A DNA stretch of 30,175 nt from a virus. Lineage: Duplodnaviria > Caudoviricetes. Numbering within the stretch: the stretch's first letter is position 1; each line of letters opens with the position of its first letter. Location: positions 1-30,175 of IMG/VR virus record IMGVR_UViG_3300037782_000107. The stretch is one strand, 5' to 3'. Below, piece after piece: positions 24,149-30,175 of the stretch. A program made the translations under genes and the position numbers. The notes beneath the pieces were generated by a model. It was not told the DNA's origin, did no database searches, and saw nothing but the letters and a program-made list of their open reading frames with translations.

Positions 24149-24591
24149 CTCCGCCCCCCACCGACCCTAGCTTGGTGATCCACGTGACGAACAACCACAT
24201 CACGATCGACCGCTCCACAGGCGTTGCGATCAACAACGATAGCCCGGGTGCGAGCATTGTTCAGACGCTCGCACCGGACGAGGACGGCAAGTTCGCGAAG
24301 GAGGGTCTCGAACAGCTGTTTGGTCAAATCGCGCTCATGGCAGCGAAACAGGACGAGTACGCAAACGCGCAGGCCGCGATGTTCGTCAGGCTCCTCGACC
24401 AACACGACGAAACCCAGCTCGGTGTGGCAGACATCGTCGCGCTTGTGGAGCCTGCATGGATTAAACTCACGGCGAAGCAGTTCCAGGCGGACCCTGCGAT
24501 GGCAAAGGCTGCCGCTGCCTGGCTCGCTGACAAGTTCGCTGAGATGGGTCTCGTTGAGTTGGTGAAAGCACTCCCGGCCTTGGCTGGTTGA
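24094..24591 (+). CDS. Accessory cassette ORF C, probably expressed as a B-C transframe fusion (~288 aa); alternative own start TTG 24172 or GTG 24175
   Basis: Pro-rich linker, Asn-rich beta segment and helical domain with an amphipathic end. No Shine-Dalgarno before 24172/24175. Confidence 0.75.
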   Translation, partial: PPEGAERRCPPDSLSLPAPPPPTDPSLVIHVTNNHITIDRSTGVAINNDSPGASIVQTLAPDEDGKFAKEGLEQLFGQIALMAAKQDEYANAQAAMFVRLLDQHDETQLGVADIVALVEPAWIKLTAKQFQADPAMAKAAAAWLADKFAEMGLVELVKALPALAG

Positions 24592-24643
24592 CGACTGGCT
24601 CAGAGGCATGTCACGGCGCGCCGCGGGCCTCGTCGCAGACGGT

Positions 24644-24745
24644 GGAGCGGTGGCTGAGTGGCAAGGCGCCATTGGATCGGCGACCGGGGCTGGCGACCGG
24701 AACACGGCTGACGAGCCGACGCAGGTTCGAGTCCTGCCCGGTCCA
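24644..24745 (+). tRNA. tRNA-like element or pseudo-tRNA (class II, Ser/Leu-like body); anticodon not assignable
   Basis: Acceptor GGAGCGG/CCGGTCC (one G-G mismatch), D arm TGGCTGAGTGGCAAGGC, variable arm CGGCT-GACG-AGCCG and perfect T arm GCAGG-TTCGAGT-CCTGC. The anticodon region is about 36 nt. Ends ACTA, not ACCA. Confidence 0.6.
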
Positions 24746-25480
24746 CTACCCGCGCCAGCGAATCAGGTCCATGTCGAGGGCGGCGTTGACGTCGATGCTC
24801 CCGCGCGCCCACTTCGGCCGCCAGCTCGACGTCCACTGCCAGACGTCCCAGCCCTCGATGCGTGGGCCGCGCTCGATCTGCGCGACGGCGAGGCGATGGA
24901 ACTCGGCGAGCGGACGACCCTTTGTTGTCGGGTAGCGCGCCGACCAGCGGAACAGCTCCCGCTCGACGAACTCGACCTCGAGGCCGAGCGCCTGGGCGAT
25001 GATGCGGCATACTCGCGCGAGGTCGACCTTGCCGTTGCGGGCGAGCTTCCCGATGTAGATGCCGGGCAGGATGCCGAGCGCGTCGTACACCCGCACGACC
25101 CAGGAGGAGATCCAAAGCTCGTCATCGAACGAGTCGCCGGTCTCGCGCTCGTAGTCGAGCACGGGGCGCAGGCCTCGCGCGTCGATGTCGTCGAGCTCGC
25201 GCAGCAGCACCTCCGCCTCGATGTCCGGGTCGTCGGGGTAGTCGCTCGGGACGGCGAAGTGGTAGACGCCGACGTCGGCGATGCCCGCCTCTTCGAGGCC
25301 GCGGGCGTGTTCGCTGGCGAGCTTCGCGCCGAGCCCTCGAGGGTCGTTGCCCTGGCTCACCTTGATCCAGGCGAAACGCACGCCGTCGAGGGGGATCGCG
25401 TCGTAGTCGAGGCGCTTGTTCCAGCCGCTGAGGTCGATGCCCGGCACGCAGCCCGGCAGGTGGATGAGTGGCTCGCTCAC
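24746..25480 (-). CDS. Endolysin, GH25 muramidase
   Basis: GIDLSGWN, FAWIKVSQG, GVYHF, PVLDYE, VWQWTS and IDVN motifs. Confidence 0.93.
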   Translation of the reverse strand: MSEPLIHLPGCVPGIDLSGWNKRLDYDAIPLDGVRFAWIKVSQGNDPRGLGAKLASEHARGLEEAGIADVGVYHFAVPSDYPDDPDIEAEVLLRELDDIDARGLRPVLDYERETGDSFDDELWISSWVVRVYDALGILPGIYIGKLARNGKVDLARVCRIIAQALGLEVEFVERELFRWSARYPTTKGRPLAEFHRLAVAQIERGPRIEGWDVWQWTSSWRPKWARGSIDVNAALDMDLIRWRG

Positions 25481-25788
25481 GGGTCGCTCCTCTGGATGCG
25501 GGCCGCGAGCTCGGCGGCCTCCTCCTGGTCGATCAGCTCCTCGAGGCGGGCCGTCGCGTCGGCGAGCGAGTTGCTCGTCGCGATCAACAGCGCCCGGTGC
25601 GAGGCGTCGGTGGTCCCGCGCGCGAGGCCACGCACTCGCTCACGCGTCGCGGACACCTGCCCCCGCAGCTGACGCGTCGCCGAGACGAGAGCGCCGGAGC
25701 CGATGCGGACGAACGGCACCTGACTGTCGTCGCCGCGCCGGCGCAGGACGGCGGCCTGAGCGTGCGGTGGTGTGCGTCGGTCGCTCAT
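25477..25788 (-). CDS. Hypothetical helical protein (103 aa)
   Basis: ATGA coupling at both ends. GAGGAG RBS. Confidence 0.65.
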   Translation of the reverse strand: MSDRRTPPHAQAAVLRRRGDDSQVPFVRIGSGALVSATRQLRGQVSATRERVRGLARGTTDASHRALLIATSNSLADATARLEELIDQEEAAELAARIQRSDP

Positions 25789-25982
25789 GGCTCCTCGCGT
25801 GGTGGCACGGGGACGCGCTCGTCGCAGCGCTCGCGCCGGCAGCGGACGGTGGTGTGCTCCTCGAGCACGGTGGACTCCCACGCCTCGCCGCAGACGCAGC
25901 GGACGACGACGCGACGCCACGCGCCCGGCTTGGTCGGCCGCACGCGGGACAGCCCGGTGCCTCTGAGGCCAGCGACGCCCAC
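25785..25982 (-). CDS. Small Cys-rich protein (CVC...CRRERC); start uncertain
   Basis: Fills the gap between neighbours. The stop is coupled to the next ATG. Confidence 0.5.
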   Translation of the reverse strand: MGVAGLRGTGLSRVRPTKPGAWRRVVVRCVCGEAWESTVLEEHTTVRCRRERCDERVPVPPREEP

Positions 25983-25984
25983 GG

Positions 25985-26221
25985 TCAGTCGGCGCTGTGC
26001 CAGCTGGCCTGCTTGTCGAGAGCGGCGCGGACCGCGCAGTCCTTCGCCTCGAGCAGCTTGCGCAGCGCTACCGTGAGCTCGGGGCCGGCGAGCGCCGAGT
26101 TGTCGACGAGCGATTTGGCGAGGTCGTGGAACCCCTTCGAGATCTCGCGCAGATGCGGCGGCAGGTGCGCGTAGGCGAAGAGGACGGCGAAGTGTTCGAC
26201 GGCGGGATGATACTTGCCCAC
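25985..26221 (-). CDS. Conserved small phage helical-hairpin protein, possibly Acb2/Tad1-like
   Basis: FAYAHLPPHLREISKGFHDLA...ELTVALRKLLEAKDCAVRA. GGAGG RBS. The CDS is confident; the family link is tentative. Confidence 0.75.
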   Translation of the reverse strand: MGKYHPAVEHFAVLFAYAHLPPHLREISKGFHDLAKSLVDNSALAGPELTVALRKLLEAKDCAVRAALDKQASWHSAD

Positions 26222-26304
26222 GTGGGCCTCCGTTGGTGTGGGCGCTCAGCGCCCGATCAGGGACTCCAGGCCGCGGAGTGCGACCCGGCCGAGCACGTCG
26301 GCGG

Positions 26305-26709
26305 CTACTCGGCCGACCGCGCTCCAGTCGATTCGGGCACGCGCACCAGGAGCACGCGCCGGAGACCGAAAGGGAGCAGGCCACCCTCGGTCACACAGCG
26401 GGAGTCGGAGATCTCGGTCACGACGCCTTCGGCCACGGCGCCGGCGACGGACGCGACGACCGACGTGCAGCTGCCGAGCTCGCCGTCGTCGAACTGGATG
26501 CCGGCCTCCTCGACCTCGAGGTAGACGGGCGTGCCGTCGACGGTGAGCTCCACGCCGCCGGTGCCCCAGGCGCGCTGCACCTGGACGTCGGGAGCCGAGG
26601 CGCAGCCGGCCATCGTGATGATGCCGATCACGAGCATGATCGCGCCGAGGATGGTCAGCGCGGCGAGCACGACCTCTTCGGGGTCGATGCGGTGGCTATT
26701 CGTCTTCAT
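26305..26709 (-). CDS. Lipoprotein in the lysis region, possible spanin component
   Basis: Hydrophobic N-terminal segment ending in lipobox MAG-C. Beta-rich body with two further Cys. Confidence 0.7.
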   Translation of the reverse strand: MKTNSHRIDPEEVVLAALTILGAIMLVIGIITMAGCASAPDVQVQRAWGTGGVELTVDGTPVYLEVEEAGIQFDDGELGSCTSVVASVAGAVAEGVVTEISDSRCVTEGGLLPFGLRRVLLVRVPESTGARSAE

Positions 26710-26836
26710 CGGTGATTGCCTTCTGGTTGTTGGTGTCGCCCTCGCGCTGCAGGCGCCAGAGCTTGATCGCGCCGGTCGCTGCGATCAGGAATCCGGTGAT
26801 GGCCGAGATGAGCCCGGCCCAGTCGATGTCGTTCAC
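26696..26836 (-). CDS. Small single-TM protein, holin candidate (46 aa)
   Basis: NDIDWAGLISAITGFLIAATGAIKLWR plus a charged tail. GTGA coupling. Confidence 0.6.
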   Translation of the reverse strand: MNDIDWAGLISAITGFLIAATGAIKLWRLQREGDTNNQKAITDEDE

Positions 26837-26940
26837 GTGCGAATCCCCACGAGCTCGAGAATCCAGAGCAGCCCGAGCCACCCGGAGTAGGAGACGATGG
26901 CGCCAACCCAGGCGCCGATTGCGAGCAGGCCTCCGATCAC
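26833..26940 (-). CDS. Very small hydrophobic membrane protein (35 aa)
   Basis: IGGLLAIGAWVGAIVSYSGWLGLLWILELVGIRT. GGAGG RBS. GTGA coupling at both ends. Confidence 0.6.
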   Translation of the reverse strand: MIGGLLAIGAWVGAIVSYSGWLGLLWILELVGIRT

Positions 26941-27731
26941 GGCGTCCTCCCGTGTGTGGTGAGCCAGGTGACGAGGCGCGCGTAGAACTCGGGCGTCCAC
27001 GCGACGAAATGATCGCCGTCGACGACGTCCCAGCGCTCGACGCGGTACTCGCCTGGCCAGTAGTTGGCCGAGACCTCGTGGTCGCCGGTCGTCGCTACCC
27101 AGCCGCTCGCGCCTGCGGTCTGCGCGCCGGCGCCGTTGGTGCCGATCCAGCGCTCGAGCCCGGTCGTGACCGACGGGTGCGCGCCGAGCGCCTGGTTCCA
27201 CGTCCCGCCCTCTGGCCTGATGCTCGTGTCGGCCGTGCCGTGCACGTGCAGCAGGGGCACCGGCGCGACGGGCGTGTGCTTGGCGACGTCGAGCCAGGTC
27301 GCCCCTTTGAGGCTGGCCACGCCGGCGAGCCGGTTGCCCAACTCGAGCGCCGCCCTGTGGACCATGAAGCCGCCGTTGGACGAGCCGACCAGGTAGATCG
27401 TGTGGTGCCCAGAGCGCTCGAGCGCGTCGAGGATACGGCTGAGGTAGGCCACGTCGTCGGGCACGGGCGCCCCGGCGAGCCAGCAGCACGCGTCCGTCGC
27501 GGCCCAGGCCGGCGTCGCGCCGGAGCCCTGCGCCCAGACCACGGTGATTCCGGCCGCGTCGGCGACGTCCAGGAGGTCGATCTCGTTCGCCCTCGTCGCC
27601 GCGGCCGTCCCGCTGTAGCCGTGCAGCCACACGATCGCCGTGCCGGCCGGCGAGCTCGGCATGTCGAACAGTTCGGCGCGTCCCGTCGCTGCGAGGTTCG
27701 GGGCCGCGGATGGTGCTCCGAGACCCCTCAT
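26937..27731 (-). CDS. Alpha/beta hydrolase, LpqC/PHB-depolymerase-type esterase
   Basis: WLHGYSG, AWAATDACC, DDVAYL, GSSNGG nucleophile elbow, HVHGTAD and GDH triad motifs. Confidence 0.9.
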   Translation of the reverse strand: MRGLGAPSAAPNLAATGRAELFDMPSSPAGTAIVWLHGYSGTAAATRANEIDLLDVADAAGITVVWAQGSGATPAWAATDACCWLAGAPVPDDVAYLSRILDALERSGHHTIYLVGSSNGGFMVHRAALELGNRLAGVASLKGATWLDVAKHTPVAPVPLLHVHGTADTSIRPEGGTWNQALGAHPSVTTGLERWIGTNGAGAQTAGASGWVATTGDHEVSANYWPGEYRVERWDVVDGDHFVAWTPEFYARLVTWLTTHGRTP

Positions 27732-28483
27732 CCAAAACCCCCGGGGCCCTGCGAGTAGATCTGCTCGGCGTACGCGCTCCAGTCCTCCGTGCCGAACGCG
27801 GCCTCGTACACGATCCCATTGAGCGCGAACGTTGGTGTCGCCACCTGGGTGTCGCCGAGCCGCATCGCGTGCGTGGCGTTGCCCGTCGCGACGGCGAGTG
27901 CGGCAGCGGAGTCTACCTCGACACCATCAAACGCCAGGCGAGCCGTGACCCCGTCGCAGGTCAGTAGCGCGTGGTGAATCTGGCCCACCGTGACAGCGTT
28001 CGGATCGGTGTTGAGGCGCACGATCTGAGGCGCGACGCCTCGCACGATCTGGGCGCTCAGCATCCGATCCCCGAGCTCGGAGAAGTCGTCGTCGACGAAT
28101 ACCGAGGTGCCTTTGGTTGCGGCGCCGAGCGCGTTGCCTGCTACCACCTCCAGCGCGTCCGCCTCGGCTGGACCCGCCCACTCGAAGAACAACGACTGGC
28201 TGAACACCTGCGTCTGGTGCTGGTAGTTGAACGTCGAGGCCGTCCCGAGCGTGGTCCACTGCGTGGCCCCGTCGTAGATCACGCCAGGCGGATCCGTCGC
28301 GATCGACGGGTCGCCCGTGTGCACCCCGTTGACGACCCCGGCGATCTCCTCGGGCCACCCGCCGACCGTGGGATTGCGGTACAGGTAGGTGAGGCCCGGC
28401 AGCCCGAGGACGACGTCGACGTCTCGGCGGCGTCGATCGCGGCCCGGAGGCCGCGGCGGGCGCGCTGGTCGCGGTGGCCTCAC
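27728..28483 (-). CDS. LamG/concanavalin A-like beta-sandwich protein, probable tail/receptor-binding component
   Basis: IHHALLTCDGVTARLAFDGVEV and MRLG...LNGIVYEAAF patterns. GTG 28483 is coupled to the upstream stop. Confidence 0.72.
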   Translation of the reverse strand: MRPPRPARPPRPPGRDRRRRDVDVVLGLPGLTYLYRNPTVGGWPEEIAGVVNGVHTGDPSIATDPPGVIYDGATQWTTLGTASTFNYQHQTQVFSQSLFFEWAGPAEADALEVVAGNALGAATKGTSVFVDDDFSELGDRMLSAQIVRGVAPQIVRLNTDPNAVTVGQIHHALLTCDGVTARLAFDGVEVDSAAALAVATGNATHAMRLGDTQVATPTFALNGIVYEAAFGTEDWSAYAEQIYSQGPGGFG

Positions 28484-28794
28484 GCTCGTACGGCGACGAT
28501 CGGGCAGACGTGGACGATGACGTCCGTGACGCCATCGATTGCCCGTGCGTAGAGATGGGTGTGCGCGGACTGCTCCGGCGTGACGAGCTCGGTGCCCTCC
28601 TCGTAGACCGGGTCGGCCGTCGTCGCCGCGTCGCCCGTCAGGCCCGTTCGGATGTGCACGGCTCCGCCGATGATGACCACGCGGTAGGCGCCGCCCGTGT
28701 TGCCCTTGAGCTGAGCCTCTTTGCTGGTCGCACCTAGGGCCGTGATCGTGGTGTTCTTCCCCTTCTGCGGCCGTGTGGACCAGCTCGAGCTCAT
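28480..28794 (-). CDS. Small beta-rich putative virion protein (104 aa)
   Basis: ATGA coupling and position in the late gene block. Confidence 0.65.
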   Translation of the reverse strand: MSSSWSTRPQKGKNTTITALGATSKEAQLKGNTGGAYRVVIIGGAVHIRTGLTGDAATTADPVYEEGTELVTPEQSAHTHLYARAIDGVTDVIVHVCPIVAVRA

Positions 28795-29588
28795 CCCGAC
28801 GTCTCCCAGCAGAGGAGCCGCTTGCTCCACCGCTTGTAGTAGTTCCCGTAGCGAGGCGGCGGCGCCCAGCCGAAGTCGCTCGCGTCGAGCTTGAGCTGCG
28901 AGTATCCGGCGGGCTCGTCGATCTCCGCCCACGGGGCTGAGTTCGTGCGGTCACGGTAGTATCTGAATCCAAGCCCGCTGGAGATCAGGCGCACCAGGTC
29001 GCGGAACGCGTGGTACTCGGTGGCCACCGTGGCGAACGGCGACCCGGCGCAGCCGAACTCGAGCTGCCACCTTCGCGGCTCCGCGAACGTCACCGTGTTC
29101 ATGACCATGCGGTCGTCGCTGTAGGCCTGCGACGCCTCCGGGATGTCGCCGATCAAGTCCTGGATGGCGCTCCGGTGGTGCCGCGGAATGAAGAGGCCGC
29201 GCACCATGCGCGATCCCACGCTCTCGATGTCGGTGACGGCGAGCGACGCGCCGCCGAAGCGCAGCCAGTCGCGCAGGTCGACGCCATTCGCCGTCCACGT
29301 CAGCGTCGCCGTCTGCCCGATCGTGTTCATGACCGCTTGCGCGATGCCGAGCTCGGGCTCGCTCGGGTTGAAGCGCAGGCGGAACTCAGAGAGCTCGCCG
29401 TGCGTCGTGACGAGGTCCTGGACGACGCCGAGGATGTCCTCCGCGCTCCCGTCACCGAGCATGTAGTAGGTGCCGTCGGGCACACTGATCGTCCGCGTTG
29501 GCTGCCCGCCGATGTCGGTCCGCTGGATCGTGAACTCGACGTTGACTGCCTGCAGCCCCACGGCGAGGCGAAGCTCTGTGCTCATCAT
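28791..29588 (-). CDS. Putative virion/tail protein (265 aa)
   Basis: ATG 29588 is coupled to the upstream stop. GAGG RBS. Beta-rich composition. Confidence 0.7.
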   Translation of the reverse strand: MMSTELRLAVGLQAVNVEFTIQRTDIGGQPTRTISVPDGTYYMLGDGSAEDILGVVQDLVTTHGELSEFRLRFNPSEPELGIAQAVMNTIGQTATLTWTANGVDLRDWLRFGGASLAVTDIESVGSRMVRGLFIPRHHRSAIQDLIGDIPEASQAYSDDRMVMNTVTFAEPRRWQLEFGCAGSPFATVATEYHAFRDLVRLISSGLGFRYYRDRTNSAPWAEIDEPAGYSQLKLDASDFGWAPPPRYGNYYKRWSKRLLCWETSG

Positions 29589-30115
29589 GTGACCTCGATT
29601 GTGTCGTTGCCGAGCGCCTCGAACGTCACGCCGTAGACCGTCAGGTCCTCGCCGTCGCCCATCGCGAACTCGATCTCGATCGTCTCGTCGCCGAGGTCGC
29701 CGGGCGCGCCCTGCCCCCATGCGACCTGCAGGACGTAGGTGTGCGCTGACGCGAGCGCGTTCGCTTCGGTCCCCACGATCTCGTGCTCGACGCTCCCCTC
29801 GGTCGTCGTGATCGTGACGGTTCCGTCGTCGTTCAGGCCGCCTGTCGACGCGATGATCGTCACGAGGAGGTCGAACGAGAACGGCTCGCGCGGCCCTGTG
29901 ACCTCGATGACCTCCGTCCCGTTGACAGTGAACGGACCGAGGCCGCCGAGGTGCAGCTTCCGCGCACCGAGGACGTGGTGGACCATCTGCGTGCACGCAC
30001 GCGCCGCCTTGGCCCGTCCCCGCTTGCCGTTGTCGATGATGCCGCCGTCGTCAGACCGGGCGACGAGCGAACTCGGCGCAACCAGCGGCACGGGTATCGT
30101 TGATGGCCCCGGCAT
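29585..30115 (-). CDS. Putative virion/tail protein (176 aa)
   Basis: GAGGAG RBS and TGATG coupling. Acidic and beta-rich. Confidence 0.7.
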   Translation of the reverse strand: MPGPSTIPVPLVAPSSLVARSDDGGIIDNGKRGRAKAARACTQMVHHVLGARKLHLGGLGPFTVNGTEVIEVTGPREPFSFDLLVTIIASTGGLNDDGTVTITTTEGSVEHEIVGTEANALASAHTYVLQVAWGQGAPGDLGDETIEIEFAMGDGEDLTVYGVTFEALGNDTIEVT

Positions 30116-30174
30116 CAGCTGCTCCTCGGCCGGTCCGCGTCGGCCCAGTACGCGCAGGCCGAGACGAGCTGGAG
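30115..30174 (-). CDS. 3' end of an upstream gene (…LQLVSACAYWADADRPRSS*)
   Basis: Open frame from the window edge whose TGA overlaps the next ATG. Confidence 0.5.
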   Translation of the reverse strand, partial: LQLVSACAYWADADRPRSS

Positions 30175-30175
30175 G

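Larger units (their letters stand above)
1..30175. mobile_element. Temperate tailed phage genome segment, probably non-integrated (attP intact)
   Basis: Terminase, portal, integrase/excisionase, repressor/antirepressor, endolysin and replication genes. Phage genes lie on both sides of the att-like region and no host housekeeping block is present. Confidence 0.95.

Noticed and set aside
24644-24745. Calling the element a functional tRNA-Ser(GGA), tRNA-Pro(TGG) or an intron-containing tRNA
   Set aside because: No fold gives both a proper D stem and a 5-bp stem with a 7-nt anticodon loop. The acceptor has a mismatch. No self-splicing intron is present.
26240-26254. GGGCGC-TCA-GCGCCC hairpin as a terminator
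   Set aside because: No U-tract on either strand and it lies inside a co-directional operon.

Overview
A roughly 30 kb piece of a high-GC temperate tailed phage. Most genes are on the minus strand and are translationally coupled (ATGA/GTGA overlaps). Read in transcription direction (right to left), the window holds: tail-type genes, an LpqC/PHB-depolymerase-type esterase, a lysis region (small membrane proteins, lipoprotein, GH25 endolysin), a plus-strand accessory island, an immunity region (XRE HTH repressor, P22-type antirepressor), xis-int, and an apparently intact attP. It continues with recombination and replication genes (beta clamp, Sak4-like ATPase, DUF669 SSB, Cas4-like nuclease, SF2 and Dda/RecD-like helicases, DNA methylase, SLOG protein, primase-VapE helicase, putative origin, VRR-NUC), then terS, terL and portal. 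Two protein families suggest a Myxococcota-like host (inference). The strongest novelty candidate is the plus-strand cassette at 22870-24745. It has a 303-aa unknown gene and a wHTH/Zn-ribbon gene that carries an in-frame G_GGA_AAC slippery site and a predicted pseudoknot, which would fuse it by -1 frameshift to a third, RBS-less ORF. A tRNA-like RNA with an aberrant anticodon arm follows. Other notable items: a second -1 frameshift candidate in the lysis lipoprotein, a G9 tract splitting the portal from a C-terminal extension, an antisense-RNA-controlled leader, and an Acb2/Tad1-like hairpin protein. All family calls come from motif recognition by eye, not from database searches.
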